A stretch of DNA of 63,956 nucleotides, the filler included, from Octopus bimaculoides (taxonomy: Eukaryota): the NCBI RefSeq assembly GCF_001194135.2. It is 6 parts of 6 records of this genome, joined end to end, with 100 filler letters (N's around TTAATTAATTAA, not from the genome) between each part and the next. Parts side by side here need not be neighbours in the genome. Positions count along the whole stretch, not along the records: positions 1 to 29,079 come from NC_068982.1; 5 more parts are not named here. One strand, 5' to 3'. Positions 13,759-26,778 of the stretch are shown piece after piece (the first letter of the stretch is position 1; each line of letters starts with the position of its first letter). The notes under the pieces are model-generated. The model was not told the DNA's origin, did not search any database, and saw only the letters and a program-made list of their open reading frames with translations. A program made the position numbers and the translations under genes.

Positions 13759-13859
13759 CTGCTAATTACAGCTTAATGGTGAAATTCAAAAGTCCTCGTT
13801 TTGGCGCGCTAATTCCAGGAATATATCTGCAGAAAAATATTTACTGCGTCGTATATATT

Positions 13860-14562
13860 CAGTATGAGAGATTACCAAGCCACTGTTTACGACATTTAAC
13901 ATTTCGATAGAAGATCCATTTTTCGTCACCAGTCACAAGTCTATCCAAAAAGAATGAAATGAGTTCGCGAGTATGGAGAGAAGAGCAGATGTCAACTCGG
14001 GATATGCGGTTGCTTTCGGACAATTCATGAGGAACCCATTTTCCAAGTTTAGGAACCTGTCCAAGTTGTTGAATATGACGATGAACAGTTGTATGGTTTG
14101 AACTAAGCTTTATTGCCAATTCTTCAACAGATAATGCAGGATTTTCTTCAAGTAACATCTCAAGGAGCTTATCATCAAACTCAACTGGACGTCCATTTCG
14201 ATCTTCATCTTCAAGGTTAAAATCTCCACTTCTGAATTTTGCAAATCATCTTCTACAAGTTCTTTCATTCAAGCATTCATAACTGAGTGTATGGTTCGAG
14301 TCACTTCAACTGCAGAGTTTCCTTTTTTGTACTCATAATGCATTATGTGCCTTAAATGCTCTTTGGATACTTTCATGTTAGAAAGGGTTTTAATCAAAGA
14401 AATTTTAATTCTATTATTCTGTAAAATAATATTTATTAGTTTAAATGTACACAAATGCATAAAAATAATTTTAAATTACATTAGACATTCTAGAATACTA
14501 TTAAATTTCATTCAATTTTTAAAAAGAGAAAATCGGACAGTACTTATAGGATGACCTGATAA
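13860..14562 (-). mobile_element. Mariner transposon, 5' half with left TIR, 3'-truncated
   Basis: HLRHIMHYEYKKG, EDRNGRP, GKWVPHEL, LVTGDEKWIFY motifs; end tattatcaggtcatcctataagtactgtccg abutting (TA)n; in-frame stop. Confidence 0.92.
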
Positions 14563-14895
14563 TATATATATATATACACACAGACACACACGNNNNNNNN
14601 NNNNNNNNNNNNNNNNNNNNNNNNNNNNNNNNNNNNNNNNNNNNNNNNNNNNNNNNNNNNNNNNNNNNNNNNNNNNNNNNNNNNNNNNNNNNNNNNNNNN
14701 NNNNNNNNNNNNNNNNNNNNNNNNNNNNNNNNNNNNNNNNNNNNNNNNNNNNNNNNNNNNNNNNNNNNNNNNNNNNNNNNNNNNNNNNNNNNNNNNNNNN
14801 NNNNNNNNNNNNNNNNNNNNNNNNNNNNNNNNNNNNNNNNNNNNNNNNNNNNNNNNNNNNNNNNNNNNNNNNNNNNNNNNNNNNNNNNNNNNNNN

Positions 14896-14941
<46 letters not shown>

Positions 14942-16779
14942 TGTGTGTGTGTGTGTGTGTCTCTGTGTGTATGCGCGCGCGCTCATTGTGCACCTTTTTA
15001 GGGTCTGTATTCTGCTAGCATTTTTCTGTGAAGTGTATGTGTATTGAGTTCTAACTAGATTATCATCAGTAGAGCTATGCCCAAGCTCTACAACATGGAC
15101 TCACCTGTCATTAGGTGACGTATGAAATAACTGAAACAAATGAAAGAATAAAAGAATAAAAGATTACTTCCGAGATCTTTAGTGCATGATGTTCATATCC
15201 TAACCCCAACCCTAACCCTAACCCTACTGGGATCAAATTTGAATTGCATTGTTTTGTGCTTAATAAATATTGAAGTAATGAATAATGGTGGATATTTCGC
15301 TTACTCAAGAATTGGTTGAGTTTGCTTAGAGTATTCACTGCAGCCTTTTCTGTTGTGAGTTCAAATTCCGCTTCCGACTCTCCCTGACTCATAATGGGTG
15401 ACGTCCACCCGACACTAATATTGATAGAATTCAAATAAGCAGGTCAGGCGATGCATCAGTTATATAATGGTATCACCGTCGTATCTTTATGCATGAATGC
15501 ATACTCGGCGAAGAAGCAAAATAATTGCTAGACAAAGAATTACATTCATAAATCTGTTTGAGTTCACCGATATTTAGAGCTAACATTCATTTGAGTAAGA
15601 CAACGAAATGATTCGTTAGAAGCCAGACTGAAATATGAACTGAAGTCTATATTGATTGAAATTATTGAATATCGCGAGCGATCCAATCACTAAAACCAAC
15701 AATGCAACAAAATAATAACCGTTTATTACGAATATTTTGTTTTTACTTTTTTTCATTAAATCTAAAATATTTTCTGATTTGAAAACATTATTCGTCGTTT
15801 AAACAATATTCCTCCATTCAGTCACACCATTAGTTCCAAACTTCCAACATTGTCACGTAATATTTTGTTACCGAAGCAGTTATTTTCTTCAAATCTTTTT
15901 AACTCTATTATCAAAAGCTGAAATGAACATTCAATAATATATTGAGTTATTTCAGAAAGGAATATGTGTAATATGACTACAGTTGTGTTAATTATTGAAC
16001 AAGACCTTGTGTAATGACATTACTTTGATCACGTTGTATCAATAAACATTTCACTATTAATTAATTTGTCCTTGTGACATTGAGATTACTTGAAGTTACA
16101 TGCGAGAACAAACTGCTATTTTAACTTATGGAATGAAGAAATAAATTACACGAAACATAGAATAATGATTGCTTTAGTTTTGTTTTGACTTGTTTGAACA
16201 TTACCAAGAACAAAAAGAAACATTTCTTTATGCTGTTTAATATATCTTCCACCTTTCAGAATCGAGGTAATAATTAATGATTAAATAATTCTACAGAAGG
16301 TAGAAGGCGAAAGAAAAAAATACGAACCATACATATCTTCAATTAGTTGGCTAACATGACTGACAAGAAATACATTCTAAATTAGGAAATTGGAATAGTT
16401 GTTTGTGACACTGTAAATGTACATAACATAATAACTAGCAGGTGGTGGGGGGTAATTGTTGCAGAAATTTCTAACATTAATCAGAAAAAATAATTTCGAT
16501 TCTTGTTTTGAATACGTTCCTTCAATGTTTGTTACATATATTATGAATAAAAATAAAAATGAAAGGTAGTCAATAACATTTAACCTATTAGATACAGCAG
16601 AAGTTCTTTGATTAATTAATATGAATATCAAATGGAGTTCGTCCACCTGTAAAAGTTAGTAGCGAAATCTCTTTCAAATCATGCACGACAGCCTCGAAAA
16701 AATGGGTGTCGGCTAATGTAATCTGAGATAATATACATGCAAAAATACGGGGTGGTCACAGCTGACACAAGCTTTAGAT

Positions 16780-17069
16780 CAGTGATTCTCAACCAGGGTC
16801 CATATGACCCTTGGGGTTCATGAATATTGAGATTCATACGACCGTTGGAGACCTATATACGATTGACTTGTTAAATATTATGTGCAATAAATTCGTTACA
16901 CTTTTAAGATACGCAAACTATTTTAACAATTTTTTTATACAATTCCTGATAAAATCTAATTATCAAAATATAATGTGACTATTTTAAACATTGAAGGGCT
17001 ATAAAGGGTCCAGTAGAGTAAAGTAGGGGTGACAGGGATTTATTGTCAAAAACTGGATGAGAACTCTGG
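16780..17069 (+). mobile_element. hAT (Charlie-like) MITE
   Basis: Ends cagtgattctcaacc / ggatgagaactctg; flanks ctttagat / atttagaa resemble a decayed 8-bp TSD; reversed homolog at 54697-54953. Confidence 0.65.
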
Positions 17070-18384
17070 ATTTAGAAGATAGGTCGTCGAGACTATGAAG
17101 AAACCACAAATCGGGTAAAAACTATTTTTTAATATTTTCTTCAAATTACTGAAAAACTTCTGTTTCCTTATATGGACTTATTGATTATGGAGGTAGATTT
17201 TGGAAACGTTCATACCTAATTGATACATACACTATAAGATGGAGTAACAAAGAAACTTATAAAGGATTTTCTGGCAGATAACATAAGTATGGAGTAACTT
17301 TTGCAGAGATTTTCATTGCGCATGTATATCAGATATGTAAACCATTACTGGTTTAATGAGTTATATCAGAGATTAGAGGCATTTTCATGACGGAACCAGA
17401 TGAGAACATATTATCACCAAATATTATATCATCAATTACTTAATTCTATATTAATCTCTGTATATAAAAGTGAAATTGCCGATGGTTGTGTTTGCGTGTA
17501 TCAGTAGTTATGTAGGATTCAAAGGCAGTGGGCGTACTTGGATTGCGGCGAAAATTTACAGGGACATGTAAAATGAGGCGAGGAAGCGACTGATCTATGT
17601 TAGAAATCTCCATCTCAAAATCCGTGGTTACTAGAGCAACACAACCCATTTTCGATCGATTCTGCAAGCTGTGAAAGTCGTGTTTTCTGGGCGATTTTAA
17701 TAAAAGCATCCTTGCATAATCTACAGGCTCTTCTGTTTAATTTGTCAATTTATTGTGGAAATTGTTGTTTAAAAGAAAAGATACTATGAAGTGAAGAAAA
17801 GTTACATTTTTAGTCGTTCTACCGTGTGATATTTTGCTGCTTGCATCTTTGATACAAATTATACCACCCTGTAGGATCTGATGAGAAATATTTTTTGGAT
17901 TTTGATTCGTACAAAACTCCGGCGATAAGTACAAAAACAGTCGAATTTACGGTTATTTTTCATTTTATTTTCTCGATTTAGTGGCACGAGATGATAGGCG
18001 TGAATTTTTCGCGTTTCGCCGAGAAGACTTGTCGATTTGTTTTTCACAGCTTATGTAAGTCAGCTCAAGTAAGCAATTACTAATTAGCAGCTGTTAGATT
18101 GTCAGGTGACCTTGCACTAGATCTATCACTTTAATTCTGTTAACGCTTATACAGAAGAAACGAGAATAGATACGAATGAAATCGCTAGTATTCTATATAA
18201 ATAAGAAAGCTAGTATTCTATATTAATATGATATCTATAAATACATCATTAATGTTTCCATATATACTTGAGATTATAAACAAATCGTGGCGAAATCTAG
18301 TCACACAAGTAATAATGAATATTGCCGTTTGATTCTTAGGTATTCGCTGACAGAGCATTCAGACGCACTCATAATAAGAGGACG

Positions 18385-18600
18385 GCACTGAGTCGATAAA
18401 ATCGTTATTCTGACGGGCAAAATGCTTAACAGCATTTCGTCTGACTTCATGGTTTGAGTTCAAATTCCACCAAGATCAACAGTGCCGTTCATCCATTCGG
18501 ATTCGATAAAATAAGTGCCAGTTGAGTATTGGCGTTGATCTTTATCGACTAACCCCTTTCTACGAAATTGCTGATCTTGTGCCAAAATTTGAGACCAATA
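18385..18600 (+). mobile_element. SINE family A
   Basis: aaatgcttaacagcatttcgtc..gagttcaaattcc..cgataaaataagtgccagttg. Confidence 0.8.
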
Positions 18601-18800
18601 TATAACAAGAGGGAAAGCAACGTACATATGTTTACGAAAACAGACAACAATTCTTTGTTGTTTTGCAGGGAGGGGGGTCTTGGTAGCTTTTGTTAAGAGA
18701 ACAAACAAACTAGCAACGAAAAACATGTTACGCTTTTCTAAATTGAAGTACCCAGTTTAAGATATACGCGTAAAAGTTCGATGATATTTCAGTTCATATA

Positions 18801-18985
18801 CAGGGGTGTAAGGTATTTGTGGACATTTTTTCGGTCATAGCTGCAGTTTTTGTTAACTCTGTATAAGCTTTGTTTCAGAAAATAATAATGGCAGACTCTT
18901 AGCTTATTCAAGAAATGAAGAAGCATGCTGTTATTGTGGTTAAAAAACCTGAGCATAGTGATTTAGAAATATCCGATTTTTTTAT
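18801..18985 (+). mobile_element. Possible Tc1/maT-like 5' end
   Basis: TA|cagggg start and decayed N-terminus EMKKHAVIVVKKPEHSDLEIS. Confidence 0.35.
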
Positions 18986-19895
18986 ACATGCATATATGGG
19001 TACAGGACATCAAAAAAAAAAAGACAGTGAAGGAAAGAGGAGATGAATAGGGAAAGAGTGGGAGAAAAAAACAGAAAGGATGAAGAACAAGAGAGGGAGG
19101 CAGATAGACAGAGAAGAGATAGTAGAGATACAACCTTTTTAATATATTCCCTTACATAGGCTTATATACATCTGTGTGTGTTTGTGTATGTGTGCATGTA
19201 GGATATATGCTCACTGACATATCCTTATATTTCCCCTCTATTCCGATAGTGAAGAACAAATGCAATCATATTTAGATAATATCCTATTAACACATACTTC
19301 GTACATGCTTATGCAGCTGAGAGTATATCAATTAAGTGAATAAGCTCTCCATTGTTACCTTCTTACACATATCCACAAGAACTGTATTTCTTGCAAGTTA
19401 ATCCATTGGATATTCGCCATGTTTGACTTTTAAACGTTTTACTATTGAAACTATAAGCGTCTTTTTAAAAATGAAGATACGAATGCAATATACTGTAGAA
19501 ATTCGTACATAATTCGTATATCACAACCGCGAAACAAATTATCTGAGTCATATCGAGTTTCATTAAATGGTTTTGCATTCAACACTTCACCTTGATTTTA
19601 ATACCATCAGCTGTCATGTAACAATATATCGTGATAACATGCAAACGAAGTGACTGCAGCAGTATAGTGCTACGTAATGGCATATAATGATTATGGTTCT
19701 AGAACACACTCCTTATAGCAAACTATTTTACAATACATGAATAAACTTACTTTTCTTCCAATTGTCGTATAAGAAATCTCGCCTGTGCAGCAAATAGGTT
19801 CTCTGTGTACATTTATTGCTGTGTTACATATCAGAGACATATTCGATACATTCCAAATGTAAAACTCAATTGTTTTTATCGCGTAAACAAATCTG

Positions 19896-20278
19896 GTTGT
19901 TGGCACTCCGTCGCTTACGACGTTGAGGGTTCCAGTTGATCCGATCAACGGAACAGCCTGCTCGTGAAATTAACGTGCAAGTGGCTGAGCACTCCACAGG
20001 CACGTGTACCCTTAACGTAGTTGTCAGGGATATTCAGCGTGACACAGTGTGACAAGGCTGGCCTTTTGAATTACAGGCACAACAAAAACAGGAAGTGAGA
20101 GTGAGAGAAAGTTGTGGTGAAATAGTACAGCAGGGTTCGCCACCATCCCCTGCCGGAGCCTCGCGGGGCTTTAGGTGTTTTCGCTCTATAAACACTTACA
20201 ACGCCCGGTCTGGGAATCGAAACCGCGATCTTATGACCGCGAGTCCGCTGCCCTAACCACGGGTCATTGCGCCTCCAC
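19896..20278 (-). mobile_element. SINE family F, full length
   Basis: tRNA-like head gtggaggcgcaatg..gtttcgattccc; near-identical to 30244-30626; imperfect TSD aaacaaatct (19885) / aaacaactct (20279). Confidence 0.9.
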
Positions 20279-20762
20279 AAACAACTCTCGTATATAATAA
20301 ATATTCACCACATCTATCCAACATTTACAGTATGAACATTAATTCCTCTTGCTTTGTTCCTGTTAAATACTTATAACATTTGAGTTTCCATAGGAAATAT
20401 GTATTATTGTTAACAAATATGAATCCTCTTAACCAACGAAAACCACGAAATTGTTTGCTAGCAGATTCACCTTTTGAGCGTTGCCTTATAATGAAGATTA
20501 TATATGAAAGACATTTCAAGATGCTGTTATTCCTAGGTTTGAGTTCTGGCAAAAGTTTAAATATTTGAAGTGAAACTCTGCACCAAGTTTGTTATAGCAC
20601 GTAGCAATAATATAATATATTATGTGTGTGTGAATGTAAACAAACAAATATTTGTTCCTTTATTAGAAACGTTGAAAATGTGCATTATACGATAAAATGA
20701 AGAAAATTTTATCGAAGTCAGAGTTGCCGTTAGAACAGTAGAAATATTGGGTAAGTTATCCC

Positions 20763-20998
20763 TACAATGCGGAAAAAATTGTCAACAACCAGCCATGAGA
20801 CTCGAAGCCATATCCTTCAAAGACTCCGGTATTTAACCAGTATTTATTCTATAAAGCTAAAATAATTAGCATCTAAATACGGCGGTGAATTTGTCAGCGG
20901 AGAGTTTAGCTTAATGGTAAAGCGCTTAACCGGAATCTGTGAGGAATATCAGTTCAAGTCCGGTGGTTGGCTGTTGACAAATTTTTCCCGCCTTGTAA
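20763..20998. mobile_element. Head-to-head pair of short tRNA-derived repeats
   Basis: About 33-bp inverted arms; A-box-like tagcttaatggta and B-box-like gttcaagtcc on the + copy. Confidence 0.6.
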
Positions 20999-21422
20999 GC
21001 GTAATTTACTGTATATTTACTGTATATCTGCTGTTCTAACAACTCTGCGTTCGAAAAAAAATATCTTATTTGTATTATATAATATATCATGTAAACAATA
21101 TGCTTGATTTTCGTTGCAATATATTAGTCATAAAATAAGAGTACAATATGTTCATAGCGTATAATTATATGAGTGTGATAAAAAAAACGAATGTGAACTT
21201 GGAAATTCGTGGTTTATTCTTAAAAGAATTAATAAACAGCATATAATTCAAAGGCAGTTGCATGCTGTGCTTAATAACATACTAATATTAGGGCAGCGAG
21301 CTGCACGCCGGGAGAAATGCTTAGTGGTATAACGCCTCTGTGAATTATTGTGAATTATTGTGAATACTGCTGTGAAAACTGTGTGAATTACTCTAAGTTG
21401 TCTCTGTGAATAATTGTGATTT

Positions 21423-22424
21423 TTGTGGAATTATTGTTGTTATGTTTCACGCGAGCCACTGCTCAAAACTGTGGCGAGTGGTAATGTCTCCAGTGTGGAG
21501 AGTTACACCGGGGCCACTGCCGCGAAGGAACCAGTGCCGCTGGAAACCAACTTGATCAAGTTCGATATGGAGGAGGTGACCAGAAGCAGGAATTTGATAG
21601 AAATAGAGGGAGACCCATACAAATTCTACCCCCCTCAAGAGACCAAGGAGGACAAAATTCTGAGGACAGTTGTGTCTCGTACACTGGCTGTCGAAACCTG
21701 TAAAACTGAAATGGTGACGGAAGACGAAATCGAGAAGTGACTGTGTGAAATTGTGTATGAAGCCACGTACATTAACAGAGGAAGAAAGTTCGGTACGGTA
21801 GAGTTGAGGTTCGCCACTATAGAAGAGGCAGCCAAACATGCGACCAACATTTTAAGAAGTACAAAAATAGCATTACTACCACGTTATAGAGGAAGAAGTG
21901 TGAGAATACGTATTCCCAGAGATCCACCAAAAATTAAACCGGACCGATTGGTTGCAACACTGCTGGCTGCAACCAAGGAGGATCCGGAATTAGGTCCAGT
22001 GGCGAAAATAAAAGTGCGCAACTGGTGGGGATATGGACTCGAAGAGTGGCTTTTTGCCCCATTCGAGGACATAGAAAGAATTCCCTACCGGATAGAAGTG
22101 GAGGATCAGAGAACGTTAAATATCGTAGTCGAGGGAAGGAAACCAAATTGTTACATATGCGGGGAGAGAAGTCATATGAAGACCAAATGCCCTCTATATG
22201 AGTTCACACAGCCACAGCAAGAGAAAGCACAAGCATGGGAGGAAAACATTGCAGACCACACTGAGGAAATGAAAGAGAGACAGAAGTGTGAAACAAAGAA
22301 AACAAAGGAGAAGAATGTAAATGGAGCTACTAACCCTAATAAGCGAAAGAAAAATAAGTCAAAGGAACGGTACAAGAAAAGTAGGAGAGAACGGATAAAG
22401 ATGTCCAAAACAATGGGGTTTTGA
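21423..22424 (+). pseudogene. LINE ORF1 (gag-like): RRM-like region plus CCHC zinc knuckle, one in-frame TGA
   Basis: ORFs 21423-21740 and 21753-22424 share a frame; KFGTVELRFATIEEA; VVEGRKPN-CYICGERSHMKTKC (CX2CX4HX4C); basic tail. Confidence 0.75.
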
Positions 22425-22849
22425 TAAAGTACGAGAATTGTGAGGAGATGGAGAGAGAAGTCGCGAAGCTGGAGGAAATAATAAGAGTGAAGATGCCGGA
22501 GAAATGTGCTGAGAAATGCATTTTGATACATGAGGAAAACTACTGGGAGTAAATAAAGGAACTTGGTTAAAATATAACAACGATAAGGGTATAGTTGGTG
22601 GAGACACCACCCCTAGAACTGATTAGTCGCAGTTGATAAGGACAAAAGTAAGAGTGGTTAATAGGAGAAAGATAACGTAAAAGTTCCATATAGGGCTATA
22701 CAAAGAACTTTTAAGACATCACAAAACATAAGGACAGTACAAAACGCAACAAACATAAAATCGGGAAACTAAAAATTATAAAAGCGAATGATAATAGTAG
22801 AAGAAATATTAAAATAAAATGATAATATGCAAGAATGAAAAAAATGAGG

Positions 22850-23184
22850 CGCAATATCTACTCGCCCCCCCGAATGGTTACTGAATGGCTCGAGGAGCAT
22901 TCTAGTGACATTGAACATCTTATCTGGCCACCACAGTCCCCAGCTCTCAATATTATTGAACATTTATGTTGCATTTTAGAAAAAACAAGTAACGTGTCGA
23001 TATCCTCCATCATAATCACTACAAGAACTGGAGACTGTTTTAGCTGGAGAATGGTCAAAAAGTCCTTTGGAAACAATTCAAACTTTGTACGTGTCCATGC
23101 ATCGTAAAATTCAAGCTGCAATTACTGCCAAAGGCGGTTCTACCCAATATTTAGATAAACGTGTTGAAATTTTAAGGTGTTTCC
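22850..23184 (+). mobile_element. Tc1-family transposase C-terminal fragment
   Basis: WPPQSPALNIIEHL and LYVSMHRKIQAAITAKGGSTQY across a frameshift; runs into a gap. Confidence 0.85.
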
Positions 23185-23439
23185 NNNNNNNNNNNNNNNN
23201 NNNNNNNNNNNNNNNNNNNNNNNNNNNNNNNNNNNNNNNNNNNNNNNNNNNNNNNNNNNNNNNNNNNNNNNNNNNNNNNNNNNNNNNNNNNNNNNNNNNN
23301 NNNNNNNNNNNNNNNNNNNNNNNNNNNNNNNNNNNNNNNNNNNNNNNNNNNNNNNNNNNNNNNNNNNNNNNNNNNNNNNNNNNNNNNNNNNNNNNNNNNN
23401 NNNNNNNNNNNNNNNNNNNATATATATATATATATATAT

Positions 23440-23612
23440 ATACATATACACGACAGGCATCTTTCCGTTTCTGTCTACTAAATTCACTCACAAGGCTTTG
23501 GTCGGCCTGAGGCTATAGTAGAAGGTACTTACCAAAGGTGTCACGCAGGGGGACAGAACTCGGAACGATGTGGCTGAAAAGCAAGTTACTTACCACACAG
23601 CCACTCTTGCGC
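23440..23612 (-). mobile_element. SINE family B, 5' half
   Basis: Reverse complement of gagtggctgtgtggtaagt..ttcagtccc head. Confidence 0.8.
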
Positions 23613-24970
23613 TTATATAACTTTTAAAAGCAGGTAATTGTTTTCAATTATGTAATATAAATAAACAAAACATATAAATACTCTTCAGTGGAAACGATTA
23701 CATAGCATTGCTTATATACAGTTTCATGGCCTATGGAAGAGAAGATACGAATTCGGATAAAAAAGAATATCTGGATACGCTTTTTATTTCATACAATATA
23801 GCATCAAGTGTTTAATAGATACGAATGAAAAAAGTGTGGTATTAATTTTCTATCTCCTAAAGATAGTATTTATAAGCACGCTGACATTTAAGACATTAAA
23901 TTAAATCCTTAAATATTCTTATCAGTTTTACGTCTTAGGACACATATACTGCTTGACTTTAAGGTACTAAGCCTGTAAAATGAATTGTTTAACGCATTCA
24001 AAAAATAAAATGGCAGATTAGAGTATATGGTTATTTAAAAATATAATCTAGAGAATGCTATTTATCTCTGGATTCCTTTTGTAATGTTTAAAAGTTTTTG
24101 CAAGAAAAGAAAGTAATCGTAATATGTCTATACATTTTCAACATCTACTTAACGAGTTTTGCCTACTGAATTAGAAATTATTTAAGGGAGATTGAATAAA
24201 CTTGCTACAGGAATCCATACAATTCCGTTTGCAATAAAATCAGGAACATTTTTTTTAGCAGAGGATTTAATTGAATGTGTGTATTCTACGGAATAAAAGA
24301 AATATATTGTATAAAATCAGGAAGGTGGTTTTAAGCTGTAGAAATATCCAAACTGAGTTGCATTTATCATCACAATGAGCAAATAAAGGAACTGTCCTTT
24401 TCCACCAAGTTGCATAGGAAACAATGGATTTGATAGTCCTGGATACAATATCAATATCTACGAAGGAAAACGTCGGACTGTAATATTTGAAACGCACTTC
24501 GTCATCAATGATTTACTTATGGTTAAATTAGTGCTGAATAACAAGATGAGGCAAGAATGTTGAAATGTCTTTTTTTTTATATTCAATTCAATTAATTCAA
24601 AAAAATTATTTTCCCTTTTGTGTATGTGTGGACACTGGGATTTCACAAACTGGAGAGGTTAAAAGTAAAAAATTCCAAAAGCAAACATTTTGTATTTGTG
24701 TATCTCAGTTCATGGTCTCATTGCTGGGACAACATTTGCTTAACAAAAATACACCCGTAAGTATGCCCGGTGCATTAGTGAACTTTTATATTTCGATTCC
24801 CAATGCATTACTATTTACGGTAAAACTGACAGCAATTGTCTTCCATTATTTTCTGGTCGATGAAATAAGCTCCATTTTAACGCTGGGATCGATGTAATCG
24901 ACTTACTATTTTCATGCAAACTTTTAGACCTTGTGCTTATATTAGAAAGGATAATAATAATAAAAATACA

Positions 24971-24971
24971 A

Positions 24972-25039
<68 letters not shown>

Positions 25040-25072
25040 TTAATAATAATAATAATTATTATTATTATTATC
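24971..25072 (+). repeat. Compound (CTA)n(TAA)n(TTA)n microsatellite
   Basis: Direct reading. Confidence 0.95.
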
Positions 25073-25289
25073 ATTTTCTGTCTATTATGTTTCCATTTCT
25101 TGCCAAGTGTCTTCCTGGCGCTTACGGCAAACAAACGCACTGTAAACATTGGTAGGCTACTAAAATAAACACATGAAATTGTTAATTTACAGAGTCATCT
25201 AGTAGGGAAAATGGGAAGAAAGACAGAGAAAAAATAGAAAATAAAAAGGAAACAAAGAAAATAAAGGAAAAAGGTATTATCATTATTGA

Positions 25290-25810
25290 TATTTCTCTTT
25301 ATCACAGGTCTTGTTGGTGCTCCTGGAGTCTTGCATGCGTATTTGGGCTTACTACCTGCAGCCTACGTACCATGGTATTCGTTCTTTTCAGCTATCTAAT
25401 GCTTTCCTCATAATTCTTGTCGTGCCAAGGAGGTAAATCCTATGCAACAGTCCTTCTGGACACTCTATTCCAATTTCCTTTATATTCTTCTTGATGCCTT
25501 CTGTCACTATTCCCAAAGACCCAAAAATAATTGGCACTATCTTCACCTTCTTCATTTTCCATATCCGGGATATTTCGTACGTAAATGGTTGTATCTTTTT
25601 GTCTTCCTTCTTGACTATTCGTGGGTCAAAGAGGCATGCTACATCAACTAAATAACACATATGGTGCATCTTGTCCACCTCCACTAGATCCGGTCAGTTA
25701 TTCTCTCGTACTTGATCTGTTTGGATTGGGAAATCCCAGAGGATTTTGCTAGTGTCGGAAACGGCGCTCTCTGCAGTTTGTGCTCATACCACGTCTTGCC
25801 TCTCTCTAGT
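25290..25810 (-). mobile_element. R4/Dong-like RLE domain and 3' end
   Basis: KILWDFPIQTD..PDLVEVDK..LVDVACLFD..IVPIIFGSLG..LLGTTRIMRKAL; decayed TAA tail. Confidence 0.9.
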
Positions 25811-26091
25811 CCCCTCTTTTCCTACAGTTTTCAATGAAGCACTTTTGCTACCTTGTGCCGCGCCACCTTGTAGTGGTTTTGGGCAAGTCTAGGGCATTCG
25901 TTCGTGGTATGGGCAATGGTTTCATCCACTCTATTACTGATGCGGCACAGTGGAGAAATTTGCTAATTCCAAAGGTTGACCCTCCCGTTCGTTACCAAAG
26001 CCTGGTCTTGAGCCGCCAGTAATGTGCTCTCGGATTATATAGACTAAATCCATTCCTTGAATTACTGACTTCATGCCTAAAATAAAACCAT

Positions 26092-26730
26092 CTATATATT
26101 GTTGCTGTTGCTGTAGTCATCATTGTTTGTGTACCTGTAATGTTCCTCTTCGAAACATCCCTCATTTTTACTACTTTTAACTACGTCTCGAAAGTACACT
26201 GATGCAATTGTTGTTCGAATTTTATTTCCTTTTATATTGGCTAAAATGATCAGAACCTCAAAGTGTTCTGCATCTTTAATTTTATTTTCGTAATTTTCTC
26301 CCAATTTGACGACTTTTGTCGAATTTAGTGACCTTAAAACAATAACTGAAGCAGAAAATGAACTTGGAGTCCGAAATAAAGGACATAGGTGGTTATTAGG
26401 ACAGTGACTACAAATAGTGTTTTCTACAAGCATTGTGAAGAATCCAACTGAGTAGCACGTGACAGTAAGACCAATAGCAAAAACAGCAGCAGCGACGACA
26501 TCGACAGCGACGACATCAGCAGACAAACGACACAACTGCCATCGAATCAACTTTGCACTATGAATACCATCGTCACTACCACCACGTTTATGACAACAGC
26601 AGATATCCACTAATTCGAAAACGGTCTGCTTAGCAACAAAATATAAGACCCAGCTGCGATTTTCACTGTAGGCGGGAAAACCATCACCACCGCTGGTAGT
26701 GAAAGTAAGTAGTACAGCTGGATATTTGAT
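26092..26730 (-). CDS. Orphan open reading frame of about 210 codons, function unknown
   Basis: Stop-free outside repeats in AT-rich DNA; one hydrophobic stretch; no recognised domain. Confidence 0.2.
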   Translation of the reverse strand: MKYPAVLLTFTTSGGDGFPAYSENRSWVLYFVAKQTVFELVDICCCHKRGGSDDGIHSAKLIRWQLCRLSADVVAVDVVAAAVFAIGLTVTCYSVGFFTMLVENTICSHCPNNHLCPLFRTPSSFSASVIVLRSLNSTKVVKLGENYENKIKDAEHFEVLIILANIKGNKIRTTIASVYFRDVVKSSKNEGCFEEEHYRYTNNDDYSNSNNI

Positions 26731-26732
26731 TG

Positions 26733-26778
<46 letters not shown>

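Noticed and set aside
15105-15130. 26-nt microexon with strong splice signals on the minus strand
   Set aside because: The acceptor tract is a SINE B tail (gaaacaaatgaaagaataaaag); no independent support
15199-15226. (CCCTAA)-like run as a telomere
   Set aside because: Only about four imperfect units, interstitial
21340-21435. Short regular repeats as a CRISPR-like array
   Set aside because: About 10-nt degenerate tandem units with no spacers, in eukaryotic context
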